DNA of 64,000 nt from Eubacteriales bacterium (GTDB lineage Bacteria > Bacillota > Clostridia > Oscillospirales > QAKW01): assembly GCA_045660845.1 (NCBI GenBank), contig JAZREO010000149.1, positions 7,416-71,415 of the forward strand, written 5' to 3'. Positions 1 through 8,907 of this stretch are shown here, piece by piece. Below the pieces are notes generated by a model. That model was not told where the DNA came from, did no database searches, and worked only from the letters and a program-made list of their open reading frames with translations. Every line of letters starts with the position of its first letter. The stretch's first letter is position 1. A program made the translations under genes and the position numbers.

Positions 1-739
1 CGTACTGCGGGGACACAGCCTGCAAAAAGGTCTTGCTGGAAGAGGTACTGCTTCCGTGATGACCCGCCTTTAAGAGAGTACTTTCGAGTGCAGAACCATA
101 GCGTTCCACCAGGTCTTTTTCCGGAGAGGATTCCTGGTCACCGGTGAAGAGAAATGACACCTTCCCGTATTCCGCCCTTACCACAACAGACTGATCGTTG
201 AGATCCTTATACTCCTCCAGAGGACCCAAAATGGTGAAGTCGAAAGCACCGCAGGTAAAGGTATCCTCCGGCTCTACCGCTGTAACAGTCTTTCCCTGCT
301 CTTTGATTTTCTTTAAAAGATTTAAATATACAGCAGTAGTCGGCTCAGTGCCCGGAGTAGGACGCTTCATATAAATATTTTCTACATCAAACTCGTCCAA
401 AACATCCTCTGCACCACCGATATGATCCTCATGAGGATGGGTCAAAATAAAGTGGTCGATCTTTTGGATATTACGGATCCTGAGATGAGATACAACCCTC
501 TCCGCATCATCGCCGGTGGTGGCATCGATCAATGCTACCGCGCTGTCTGATACGATCAAGGTACTGTCTCCCTGACCGCAGTCGATAAAATCCACATAGC
601 AATCGGTACCCGGCACCGCAGCCTTTTGCTTTCCAAAAAGCCGATCTTCATTTGCATACAGTAAAGAAACGATGCCTACCGCCAGAAAGATCGCCATTCC
701 AATGCTTTTTACTAAATCCTTTTTGCGTTTTCTTGCCAT
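1..739 (-). CDS. MBL-fold metallo-hydrolase, ComEC C-terminal-domain-like (3' end cut by window edge)
   Basis: Own translation of the minus strand from ATG at 739 gives MARKRKKDLVKSIGMAIFLAVG (N-terminal TM anchor), then DFIDCGQGDSTLI, HFILTHPHEDHIGG (HxHxDH zinc motif) and LKAGHHGS. The frame stays open to base 1. It is absent from the ORF track because it runs off the window. Confidence 0.8.
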   Translation of the reverse strand, partial: MARKRKKDLVKSIGMAIFLAVGIVSLLYANEDRLFGKQKAAVPGTDCYVDFIDCGQGDSTLIVSDSAVALIDATTGDDAERVVSHLRIRNIQKIDHFILTHPHEDHIGGAEDVLDEFDVENIYMKRPTPGTEPTTAVYLNLLKKIKEQGKTVTAVEPEDTFTCGAFDFTILGPLEEYKDLNDQSVVVRAEYGKVSFLFTGDQESSPEKDLVERYGSALESTLLKAGHHGSSTSSSKTFLQAVSPQY

Positions 740-760
740 AAACAGTCCCCTTTTTCAAAT

Positions 761-789
761 CAAGACCCGCAGAAATTCTGCGGGTCTTG
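761..789 (-). terminator. 12-bp stem hairpin between the clpP-like gene and the MBL hydrolase gene
   Basis: caagacccgcag/aaatt/ctgcgggtcttg is a perfect inverted repeat lying just downstream of the stop at 795. The U-tract on the minus strand is weak, so it may be an attenuator or processing hairpin rather than a strong terminator. Confidence 0.45.
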
Positions 790-794
790 AATTA

Positions 795-1355
795 TCAGAT
801 CACCTGATCGATCAAGCCATATTCCTTTGCCTGATCAGCAAACAACCAATGTTTCCGTTCCATATCTGCAGAAAGGTCTTCTGCCGAACGGTTGCAAAGA
901 GAAGCCAGCAATTGATTGATTCGCTTTTTGGAGTTGAGCAGATGCTCAGTCTCCAGTTCAATATCAGACGCTTGCCCGAAAGTGCGGTCCCGGCTTACCT
1001 GAGTCAGCATAATCTCACTATTGGCATATGCCTTTCTCTTTCCTTTTTCACCGCCGGCAAGCAACAGTGCAGAAAGTCCGTGTGCTTTGCCGACGCAGAC
1101 AGTCTCCACCGGGCAGGTGATATTTTTCATTACATCATAGACCGCAAGAATTTCTGTTTCACTGCCGCCGGAGGAATTGATATATAAGGTGATCGGAGCA
1201 GCCGCATCCTCCTCAGCAAGATAAAGCAGCTTTGCAATGATCTCGCAGGAAGCTTTTTCATCCAGTTGACCAAAAGCCAGTACCTTGCGAGAGTCCAGCA
1301 AACTTGCACTCAGATTTTCGATCCCGCCGTTTACACTAAAAATAGGTTCATTCAT
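795..1355 (-). CDS. ClpP-family protein with substituted catalytic triad (ClpR-like, probably non-proteolytic)
   Basis: 186 aa, collinear by eye with B. subtilis ClpP (LYINSSGGS, LLLAGGEKGKR, AKEYGLIDQVI). The triad positions read Ser->Gly (VGKAHGLSA vs IGMAASMGA), His->Thr (EIMLTQV vs EVMIHQP) and Asp->Lys (MERKHW vs DRDNF). Confidence 0.8.
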   Translation of the reverse strand: MNEPIFSVNGGIENLSASLLDSRKVLAFGQLDEKASCEIIAKLLYLAEEDAAAPITLYINSSGGSETEILAVYDVMKNITCPVETVCVGKAHGLSALLLAGGEKGKRKAYANSEIMLTQVSRDRTFGQASDIELETEHLLNSKKRINQLLASLCNRSAEDLSADMERKHWLFADQAKEYGLIDQVI

Positions 1356-1403
1356 TTTATAATCTCCTTTGATACTATCATCGGCATCATTTCGCCCTGT
1401 TAA

Positions 1404-2021
1404 TCAATTAGATTGAGCGTTAACCTCTGCCAATGTTGAATTTTTTGAAAGAAAGAAGTTCCCGGTGATCAACGCTCTCAGTTCGTCATCGCAAACAATA
1501 ACGTTTTTTTCGCCTTTATAAGTAAAAGATAACGTAAACTGCTGCGTCATCGTCTCGACGCCGCCATCCTGCTTAGCAAGGGCAAGCATCATTTCCTGGA
1601 TCAAGATGATTCCATTTTCATCCCCATCCTCCAATTTGCTCACCAGTTCCTCATCTGTCAGCGCTAAATTCAGGATCAGTGCCGAAACATTAGTATACAT
1701 TTTTTGAACATTGGGCATGGTGAATTCTACCGTCATCCGGTTATTTTCATAGGATTTCACCGCATAGGTTATATCCGTATAGAGAAGGCGATAAAGCTCG
1801 ATATACTTCTCGTCATTAAAAATATCGTCCAGATAAACATAGAGGGTTTTATCGGGAAATTCAGTCAGCAGAGCTGACATCGCTTCTCGATCATAGATTT
1901 TCAAAGCATCTGTGAACTGTGCCAGGGTCGATTCAGCATCCTCTTGGGAAACCGATGCCTTGCAACCGCAGAACGACAGCAACAAAACAATGGTAGTCAA
2001 TAATAGAAATACACGCTTCAT
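1404..2021 (-). CDS. hypothetical lipoprotein
   Basis: 205 aa. It has an N-terminal signal peptide MKRVFLLLTTIVLLLSFCGC with lipobox-like Cys residues. I recognise no catalytic motif. Confidence 0.6.
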   Translation of the reverse strand: MKRVFLLLTTIVLLLSFCGCKASVSQEDAESTLAQFTDALKIYDREAMSALLTEFPDKTLYVYLDDIFNDEKYIELYRLLYTDITYAVKSYENNRMTVEFTMPNVQKMYTNVSALILNLALTDEELVSKLEDGDENGIILIQEMMLALAKQDGGVETMTQQFTLSFTYKGEKNVIVCDDELRALITGNFFLSKNSTLAEVNAQSN

Positions 2022-2088
2022 GATGGACTTCCTTTTAAGATTATGAGGTCAGTATAGCACAGCATGCGCGGATTTTCAATAAATTTTC

Positions 2089-2115
2089 ACGAAATAAAAT
2101 TTCACACATAAAATA
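2089..2115 (+). promoter_or_regulatory. sigma-K-like (late mother-cell) promoter candidate
   Basis: AC at 2089-2090, a 16-nt spacer, then CATAaaaTA at 2107-2115. This matches the B. subtilis SigK consensus AC-N16/17-CATANNNTA and sits about 29 nt upstream of ATG 2144. Confidence 0.35.
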
Positions 2116-2143
2116 CAATAGACTATGCCATAAGGAGGTAACT

Positions 2144-2926
2144 ATGGATATCAACAATAATGAAAATGTCAATGTCCAAAACTTCGAAGACGAGATCTGC
2201 GTTAACGTACAGAAAATCTACGACACCTGTAAAGACAAGGACTGCCTGTCCGATATGCGCGTGTACTTAAGTTCCGGCGACCAGACCCTCATCGACAATG
2301 CGGTAAATATCCGCGCCCGTAAATCGGAATTGGTCTGGACCTCTGTTGACCTGGAGGAGGTTCCCTTTAATAAAGGCTTTTACGGTGTTGACATGATGTT
2401 TTACTTCAAGACGGATTTTGAGGTCTATACCGGCAACACCCGTCCCACCATCGTCGAGGGTCTTTCCTTCTTTAATAAAAAGGTCATTCTTTACGGTAGC
2501 GAAGGCAGTACCACTACCTTCTCCTCTGCCTGCACCAATCCCTGCAATCCCGCTTGCACACTGCCCGGCAATCTGCCTGTTGCAGAAGTAGAGGTCGTGG
2601 ATCCTATCGTTTTGAACACACGGATCATCAATCCCTCCTGCAATTGCTGCTGCTCGGAATGCGATACCCTGAATCTGCCGGAGTGCGTGGCGAACCTGTT
2701 CACCGAGGGTTTGACAGAAGTTGCAAACCGCAAGCTGGTGGTATCGCTGGGACTCTTCAGCGTGGTACGGATCGTACGGGATGTCCAGGTTCGGATCCCC
2801 GCATCCAAATTCTGCCTGCCGGAAAAAGAGTGTACCGGTCCCCAGGAGGAAGAACCCTGCAGCTTCTTTGAGCGTCTCAACTTCCCCACCAACGAATTTT
2901 TCCCGCCCGAAAACAGTAATTGCTGA
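2144..2926 (+). CDS. cysteine-rich hypothetical protein (possible spore coat/exosporium component)
   Basis: 260 aa, with a strong RBS (taAGGAGGtaactATG). It has about 19 Cys, including CNCCCSEC and CTNPCNPAC clusters and a C-terminal Cys. The long opposite-strand ORFs here lack an RBS and are treated as shadows. Confidence 0.7.
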   Translation: MDINNNENVNVQNFEDEICVNVQKIYDTCKDKDCLSDMRVYLSSGDQTLIDNAVNIRARKSELVWTSVDLEEVPFNKGFYGVDMMFYFKTDFEVYTGNTRPTIVEGLSFFNKKVILYGSEGSTTTFSSACTNPCNPACTLPGNLPVAEVEVVDPIVLNTRIINPSCNCCCSECDTLNLPECVANLFTEGLTEVANRKLVVSLGLFSVVRIVRDVQVRIPASKFCLPEKECTGPQEEEPCSFFERLNFPTNEFFPPENSNC

Positions 2927-2968
2927 AAAAAGCCCGGAAATGCGCTGCATTTCCGGGCATTTAATTTA
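2925..2968. terminator. bidirectional rho-independent terminator
   Basis: gcccggaaatgc/gct/gcatttccgggc forms a 12-bp stem flanked by an A-run and T-rich sequence. It lies between convergent genes. Confidence 0.75.
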
Positions 2969-3460
2969 ATAACCGAGCGTCCCATCCAAAGATTCATCGT
3001 TTTTGATCCAGTCCTCCACAAGGAAAGAATGAAACTCATCCTTACTGTCCCGTACGATCACATCTTTAATGCCGGCGTTAATGATCAGTCGCTTGCACAT
3101 TGCGCAAGGGGCAGTGTTCTTGACATATTCGCCGGTATCCACCTCATGACCTACCAGATAAAGCGTGGAGTCAATCATATCTCGGCGGGCAGCAGAGATA
3201 ATACAATTGGCTTCCGCATGGACCGAACGGCACAGCTCATAACGTTCGCCGCGGTTCACGCCCAGCTCTTGACGGATACACTTACCGCAGTCATTGCAGT
3301 TTGCTCTGCCCCGAGGAGCACCATTATAGCCGGTGGAAACGATCTCATCATTCTTAACAATGATCGCACCAAACACACGGCGCAGGCAGGTTCCCCGACC
3401 GGTGGCAGCATCTGCCATATCCAGATAATAGTTTGTCTTATCCTTTCTCATGAACGGCAC
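2966..3460 (-). CDS. comEB: deoxycytidylate (dCMP) deaminase
   Basis: 164 aa with cytidine/deoxycytidylate deaminase zinc motifs VHAEANCI and PCAMCKRLIINAGI. Confidence 0.9.
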   Translation of the reverse strand: MPFMRKDKTNYYLDMADAATGRGTCLRRVFGAIIVKNDEIVSTGYNGAPRGRANCNDCGKCIRQELGVNRGERYELCRSVHAEANCIISAARRDMIDSTLYLVGHEVDTGEYVKNTAPCAMCKRLIINAGIKDVIVRDSKDEFHSFLVEDWIKNDESLDGTLGY

Positions 3461-3476
3461 CTCATTACATCGTTTT

Positions 3477-3507
3477 TAAAAAAGGGACCCCAAGAGGTCC
3501 CTTTTTA
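3477..3507 (-). terminator. terminator downstream of tRNA-Gly
   Basis: gggacc/ccaaga/ggtccc hairpin flanked by A/T runs on both sides. Confidence 0.6.
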
Positions 3508-3511
3508 TAAT

Positions 3512-3585
3512 TGGAGCGGGTAATGGGAGTCGAACCCACCTATCAACCTTGGGAAGGTCGCATTCTACCGATGAACTATACCCGC
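3512..3585 (-). tRNA. tRNA-Gly (anticodon CCC)
   Basis: The reverse complement GCGGGTATAGTTCATCGGTAGAATGCGACCTTCCCAAGGTTGATAGGTGGGTTCGACTCCCATTACCCGCTCCA folds as a cloverleaf. Anticodon loop is TTCCCAA, the T-loop is GTTCGACTC, and CCA is encoded. Confidence 0.9.
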
Positions 3586-3683
3586 ATTTCTTACTTTAAG
3601 AAGTATACACTTTTTCTTCCGGTTCGTCAAGGGGTTTTTATGAAAAATCGGTGCCGGCAAACCACCGGCACCGAAATATCAAT

Positions 3684-4622
3684 TTACTTTTTGAGAGAAA
3701 CCGCGTATTTGGCTTTCTCTGCAATTCCTTCCGCATTGAGCTTGAAGAGATCCAGCAACTGCAGAGCGGGACCGCTCTTACCATAGCTATCTTCAACACC
3801 ATGGCGGACAACAGGACAATTGCCCAACTCGCCGACAACTTCGCAGACAGCGCTGCCAAGACCACCGATGATGGAATGTTCCTCTGTCGTGACGATTGCG
3901 CCGCATTTTGCAGCATATTCCTTCACCAACTCTTGATCCAAGGGCTTGATGGAAGCCATATTGATCACAGCCGCATCAATGCCTTCTGCTTTCAGCAGAT
4001 CAGCCGCCTGCAACGCACGCTCCACCATCAAACCGGTGGCAATGATGGCAACATCCTTACCCTCTTTCAGAACAACACCCTTACCGATCTCAAACTGATA
4101 ATTCTCATCAAAGATGGAATCGATGGGCATTCTGCCAAAACGCAGATAAACAGGACCTTCATGCTCGATGGCTGCCTTTACGCACAGACGTGCCTCAACA
4201 GGATCCGCCGGGTTCAAAACGACCATCCCGGGGATTGTACGCATCAGAGCCAGATCTTCGTTGCACTGATGGGTAGCGCCGTCTTCACCGACAGAGATAC
4301 CGGCATGGGTAGCACCGATCTTTACATTCAGATGAGGATAACCGATGGAGTTGCGGACCTGCTCATAGGCACGACCGGCAGCAAACATTGCAAAGCTGCT
4401 GGCAAAAACCGTCTTACCGGTGGCAGCCAGACCGGCAGCAACGCCCATCATATTTGCCTCAGCAATACCGCACTCAATAAAGCGCTCGGGATATTCCTTT
4501 TTAAAAATAGAGGTCTTGGTGGCCGCAGCAAGGTCTGCGTCCATAACATACAGATCATATTCCTCGGCAAACTCAACGAGAGCCTTGCCGTAGCTTTCTC
4601 TTGTCGCTTCTTTTATAGACAT
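3684..4622 (-). CDS. transketolase, C-terminal (pyrimidine-binding) subunit
   Basis: 312 aa, typical split-transketolase B subunit (GIAEANMMGVAAGLA, GATHQCNEDLALMR). It overlaps the upstream subunit by 10 nt. Confidence 0.9.
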   Translation of the reverse strand: MSIKEATRESYGKALVEFAEEYDLYVMDADLAAATKTSIFKKEYPERFIECGIAEANMMGVAAGLAATGKTVFASSFAMFAAGRAYEQVRNSIGYPHLNVKIGATHAGISVGEDGATHQCNEDLALMRTIPGMVVLNPADPVEARLCVKAAIEHEGPVYLRFGRMPIDSIFDENYQFEIGKGVVLKEGKDVAIIATGLMVERALQAADLLKAEGIDAAVINMASIKPLDQELVKEYAAKCGAIVTTEEHSIIGGLGSAVCEVVGELGNCPVVRHGVEDSYGKSGPALQLLDLFKLNAEGIAEKAKYAVSLKK

Positions 4623-5449
4623 TTTGCAGCCTCCTTCAACTCATTGATCGCCTTTTCATAATCTTCATCGCCGGGGGCGGTGCCATGCCAGCTAACCTGG
4701 TTTTCCATATAAGAGACGCCCTTACCCTTTACAGTCTTGGCGATGATCAGAGCAGGCTTGCCCTCCACCTTCTTAGCATCGGCGAACGCCTTTTCGATGG
4801 ATTCAAAATCATGACCGTCCATCTCAAAGACCTCCATGCCGAACGCCTTTGCTTTCTCGGCGATGGGAGCGCTGTTCATGACCTCGGCAACAGGACCGTC
4901 GATCTGCAGACCGTTATAGTCCACAACGATGCAAAGGTTGTCCAGTTTATAATGAGCAGCAAACATCAAAGCTTCCCAGACCTGACCTTCTTCGATCTCG
5001 CCGTCGCCCAGGATCGTATAGACCCGATAGGATTTACCGGACTTCTTAGCAGAAAGTGCCATGCCGCAAGCAGCAGAAATGCCCTGACCCAAGGAACCGC
5101 TGGACATATCCACGCCGGGAATATGCTTCATATCGGGATGACCCTGCAGAATACTTCCGACATGACGGAAGGTGGGCAGGATCTCGGGATCAAAATAGCC
5201 GCGGCGCGCCAACGCGGAGTAAAGCGCAGGACAGGTATGACCCTTCGATAAAACAAAACGATCACGATCCGCCCAATCAGGGTTCTTGGGATCAATGTTC
5301 ATTTCCACAAAATAAAGGTATGCAACAATATCGGCGATGGACAATGAGCCACCCGGATGACCGGATTTGGCACTATGGACTTCTTCAATAATGTCCATCC
5401 GAATGGTGTTTGCGTACTTTTTCAACTGCAAATTGACCTCTTCAATCAT
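4613..5449 (-). CDS. transketolase, N-terminal (TPP-binding) subunit
   Basis: 278 aa with SGHPGGSLS and GDGEIEEGQVWEA (TPP-binding GDG motif). RBS GGAGG lies 8 nt upstream. Confidence 0.9.
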   Translation of the reverse strand: MIEEVNLQLKKYANTIRMDIIEEVHSAKSGHPGGSLSIADIVAYLYFVEMNIDPKNPDWADRDRFVLSKGHTCPALYSALARRGYFDPEILPTFRHVGSILQGHPDMKHIPGVDMSSGSLGQGISAACGMALSAKKSGKSYRVYTILGDGEIEEGQVWEALMFAAHYKLDNLCIVVDYNGLQIDGPVAEVMNSAPIAEKAKAFGMEVFEMDGHDFESIEKAFADAKKVEGKPALIIAKTVKGKGVSYMENQVSWHGTAPGDEDYEKAINELKEAAKCL

Positions 5450-5530
5450 TTGGAGAGCCTCCTTATTTTTATTTATGTCTATTTTATACTGAGTTTAAGA
5501 TAAAGTCAATGGAATTTGGGCAAAAAATGG

Positions 5531-5559
5531 TTGAATCATTATTTCGATTTTGTTATAAT
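5531..5559 (+). promoter_or_regulatory. sigma-A promoter of rarA
   Basis: TTGAAT - 17 nt - TATAAT. Confidence 0.55.
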
Positions 5560-5590
5560 GTTATAAATTACAGAAAGGAGGCGTTGAACC

Positions 5591-6850
5591 ATGCGCCCGC
5601 TATCTGATATATTACGCCCCCAAGCCATCGATGAAATGGTAGGGCAACGCCATCTTTTAGGAGAAGGCAAGTTGCTGCGTGCCATCGCTGAGGGCAAAGA
5701 GATTCCCAATATGATCTTTTACGGACCCAGCGGTGTTGGAAAAACCACGCTGGCGCGGATCATCTCCAAAAAATCCGACCGCAAATTATATAAACTGAAC
5801 GCCACTACTGCCTCCATCAGCGATATCAAAGAGATCATTAACGACATCAACCCCTTCACCGCTCCCAACGGTATTCTACTCTATTTAGATGAGATCCAGT
5901 ATTTCAATAAAAAGCAGCAACAATCGCTGCTGGAATTCATTGAAAACGGCAGTATTACGCTGATTGCATCTACCACTGAAAATCCTTATTTTTATGTCTA
6001 TAACGCTATTTTGAGCCGATGCACCGTCTTTGAATTCAAACCGGTTTCCGCCAGCGACATGATCCCATTCATTAAAAGAGCCATCTCCTACTTAGAGGAG
6101 CAGCGTGGATTCTCCATTCAATATACTGAAGAGAGTTTAAAGCGGATCGCGTACGGATGCGGCGGGGATGTCAGAAAGTGTTGCAACTGTATTGAGATCA
6201 TCTCCCTGGCACTGACCCGCGAAGCGCCGACGATCACAGACGAAATGATCAGCGAGGCATCTCAGCGCAGTGGAAACCACTATGATAAGGACGGCGACTA
6301 TCATTATGATATCCTCTCCGCCCTTCAAAAGTCAATTCGTGGCTCAGACCCCGATGCGGCACTGGTCTACCTTGCCCGTCTGTTGGAAGCAGGCAACCTG
6401 ATTTCCCCTTGCCGCCGCCTGATGGTCATTGCAGCTGAGGATATCGGTCTCGCCTATCCTCAGGCGATCTCCATCGTAAAAGCCTGTGTTGACTGTGCCC
6501 AGGCGCTGGGCTTACCGGAAGCGCGGATCCCCCTCGCCCAGGCAGTCATCTTATTGGCAACAGCGCCCAAGTCTAACTCCGCCATCCTCGCTATCGATGA
6601 AGCAATGGCAGACGTCAGCAACGGAAAAGGGCAGGTTATTCCGTCCAATATTCAAGACCGTCATTACGGCGGCGCAGAAAAGCTGGGTCACGGAGACGGA
6701 TATCTCTATCCCCATTCCTTCCCCAACCATTATGTGGAGCAAAATTATATGCCCTCCGACCTGAAGGGAAAGTATTACTACCAATTTGGCGACAACAAAT
6801 TGGAAAGCGCTTCCCGCGAATATTGGAACAAGATCAAGGAGAAGAAATGA
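5591..6850 (+). CDS. rarA: replication-associated recombination protein A (AAA+ ATPase)
   Basis: 419 aa with Walker A GPSGVGKTT, LYLDEIQYFNKKQQ and the MgsA C-terminal domain (HYDILSALQKSIRGSDPDAALVYLARLL). Confidence 0.9.
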   Translation: MRPLSDILRPQAIDEMVGQRHLLGEGKLLRAIAEGKEIPNMIFYGPSGVGKTTLARIISKKSDRKLYKLNATTASISDIKEIINDINPFTAPNGILLYLDEIQYFNKKQQQSLLEFIENGSITLIASTTENPYFYVYNAILSRCTVFEFKPVSASDMIPFIKRAISYLEEQRGFSIQYTEESLKRIAYGCGGDVRKCCNCIEIISLALTREAPTITDEMISEASQRSGNHYDKDGDYHYDILSALQKSIRGSDPDAALVYLARLLEAGNLISPCRRLMVIAAEDIGLAYPQAISIVKACVDCAQALGLPEARIPLAQAVILLATAPKSNSAILAIDEAMADVSNGKGQVIPSNIQDRHYGGAEKLGHGDGYLYPHSFPNHYVEQNYMPSDLKGKYYYQFGDNKLESASREYWNKIKEKK

Positions 6851-7488
6851 GGAAAGCAGAAAAGATCCGCTTTATATTGGATGAATTAGAGCGGCTGTAT
6901 CCCACCGCAGAGTGTGCCCTCCATTACACACATCCCTATGAACTACTGATCGCTACAAGGCTTTCCGCCCAGTGCACCGATGAGCGTGTCAACAAAGTTA
7001 CACCGGCGCTTTTTGCCAAATATCCAACGCTGGAAGCCTTTGCTGCAGCAGATTTTGAAGAACTTTGCGACATGGTTCACTCCTGCGGTTTTTACCGAGG
7101 AAAAGCCAAGAGCATCATTGAAATGAGTCAGCAAATCCTGGACCGTTTTGACGGAAAAGTCCCGGACAATATTGAAGACCTGACCAGCCTTTCCGGTGTG
7201 GGAAGAAAAACCGCAAACCTCATTTGCGGCGATATCTACGGTAAGCCGGCGATCATCGCGGACACCCATTGTATTCGCCTTTCCAATCGATTGGCTCTTG
7301 CGTCCAGCACCAACCCGGAGATCGTGGAGCGCCAGCTCAAAGCTGCAATCCCGCCCGACCGGCAGACGAAATTCTGCCATAACCTCGTTCATCACGGACG
7401 GGCTGTCTGCGATGCGCGGAAGCCGGAATGTGCAAGTTGCCCTCTCACCTCTGTTTGTGGCCATTTCAAGAAATCAAAAAAGAATTGA
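6847..7488 (+). CDS. nth: endonuclease III
   Basis: Contains an HhH motif (LSGVGRKTANLI) and the 4Fe-4S cluster CDARKPECASCPLTSVC. I prefer ATG 6847 (AGGAG 5 nt upstream, ATGA overlap with the rarA stop) over the track start at 6823. Confidence 0.85.
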   Translation: MRKAEKIRFILDELERLYPTAECALHYTHPYELLIATRLSAQCTDERVNKVTPALFAKYPTLEAFAAADFEELCDMVHSCGFYRGKAKSIIEMSQQILDRFDGKVPDNIEDLTSLSGVGRKTANLICGDIYGKPAIIADTHCIRLSNRLALASSTNPEIVERQLKAAIPPDRQTKFCHNLVHHGRAVCDARKPECASCPLTSVCGHFKKSKKN

Positions 7489-7513
7489 CAACTATAATAT
7501 ATAATAATATAAT
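7485..7513 (+). promoter_or_regulatory. sigma-A promoter of secDF
   Basis: TTGACA - 17 nt - TATAAT. The -35 box overlaps the nth stop codon. Confidence 0.55.
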
Positions 7514-7570
7514 TATATAGTGATTTTTTATACGGCGGCGGACTCCATCCCCGTCAACGAGGAGGTAAAA

Positions 7571-8905
7571 ATGAGACAGAGAAAAGCCAGCATCTGGCAA
7601 AAAGTATCCTTCTTTATTGTCGCTGTCATCATCCTTGCCATCGTGGCTTATACCGCTTTCGGCATCTACACCGAGCGGAGCAGCTACATGCGCTTCGGCA
7701 TCGACATTAAAGGCGGCGTAAGCGCCACATTCCAGTCGGCAGACGAAAATGTTGTTCCCACCGACGAACAGTTGGAATCCGCAAAGGCGATCATCGAGCT
7801 ACGTCTGGACGGCAACAATATTTTAGACCGTACTGTAACTATTGATAAAGAGAACCACAGCGTTCTGGTAGAATTCCCCTGGCAGGCCGCCGAGGAAAAT
7901 TATGATCCTGTTGCCGCCATTGAGGAGCTGGGCGAGACTGCTCAATTGACCTTTGCCATTGTGGAAGAGGTCAAGCACGGCACAGAGGGTGCCGTGGAAT
8001 TCGAATATGAAGGCGGTCATGCCGACTATAAGATCGTCGAGAAATTTATGGACGGCTCCAAGGTTGCCAAGGCAGAGGCCGGTTACCTGCAGGGCGAATA
8101 TATCGTCACCCTGGACTTTGACGAAGAAGGTACCAAGATCTTCGGTGATACGACTTCCAAGCATGTAAACGATCTGATCGGTATCATGATGGATGACACT
8201 CTGGTTAGCGTCGCCACGATCAGTACCGCCATTACAGAAGGTTCCGGCTACATCAGCGGAGACTTTACCGCTGACGAAACCAGAGATCTGGCTGCAAAGA
8301 TCAATTCCGGTGCCCTTCCCTTTGCCATGGAGTCCACCAACTATTCCGCAGTCAGCGCCACCATGGGTGCCCATGCGCTGAGCGTCATGCTTCTGGCAGG
8401 CTTGATCGCGCTCTGCATCATCATCTTATTCATGTGTATCTACTATCGCTTACCCGGTTTTGTTGCATCCATTACCCTGCTGCTCCAGACCGCCGGTCAG
8501 CTGCTGATCTTCCACTTGATGGGGCTGACCCTGACTCTGCCCGGTATCGCAGGTATCATCCTTTCCATCGGTATGGGTGTTGACTCCAACATCATTATTG
8601 CCGAGAGAATCAAGGAAGAGATCAACGCCGGCAAGACCCTAAAGGGTGCCATTTCTGCCGGTTATAACCGCGCTTTCTCTGCAGTTCTTGACTGTAATGT
8701 TACCACTGCCGCAGTGGGTCTGCTACTGATGTTCTTCGGCACCGGCTCTATGCTTTCCTTTGCATATACGCTGCTGATCGGTATTTTGCTGAACTTCGGT
8801 CTCTCGATCATTTCCAGCAAACTGATGCTGCAGTCTCTCTCCTGCTATAAGGTATTCAGCAATCCCAAGTTCTACGGCTATAAGAAAGCAAAGGAGGTAA
8901 AGTAA
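7571..8905 (+). CDS. secD: protein translocase subunit SecD
   Basis: N-terminal TM, a large periplasmic-type loop and a 6-TM C-terminus (GIAGIILSIGMGVDSNIIIAERIKEE). ATG 7571 follows GAGGAGG; the track start at 7520 is an upstream GTG extension. Confidence 0.9.
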   Translation: MRQRKASIWQKVSFFIVAVIILAIVAYTAFGIYTERSSYMRFGIDIKGGVSATFQSADENVVPTDEQLESAKAIIELRLDGNNILDRTVTIDKENHSVLVEFPWQAAEENYDPVAAIEELGETAQLTFAIVEEVKHGTEGAVEFEYEGGHADYKIVEKFMDGSKVAKAEAGYLQGEYIVTLDFDEEGTKIFGDTTSKHVNDLIGIMMDDTLVSVATISTAITEGSGYISGDFTADETRDLAAKINSGALPFAMESTNYSAVSATMGAHALSVMLLAGLIALCIIILFMCIYYRLPGFVASITLLLQTAGQLLIFHLMGLTLTLPGIAGIILSIGMGVDSNIIIAERIKEEINAGKTLKGAISAGYNRAFSAVLDCNVTTAAVGLLLMFFGTGSMLSFAYTLLIGILLNFGLSIISSKLMLQSLSCYKVFSNPKFYGYKKAKEVK

Positions 8906-8907
8906 TC

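Noticed and set aside
672-1187. 171-aa plus-strand ORF.
   Set aside because: It is antisense to the ClpP-family gene, whose conserved blocks are unmistakable. It also begins inside the MBL hydrolase gene.
2267-3039. Two long minus-strand ORFs (227 and 182 aa) and two plus-strand alternative-frame ORFs overlapping the Cys-rich gene.
   Set aside because: Only the 2144-2926 plus-strand frame has a strong RBS (AAGGAGG), a plausible promoter and a terminator right after its stop. The others are Gly/Arg/Ala-rich frame artefacts of the same GC-rich codon stretch.
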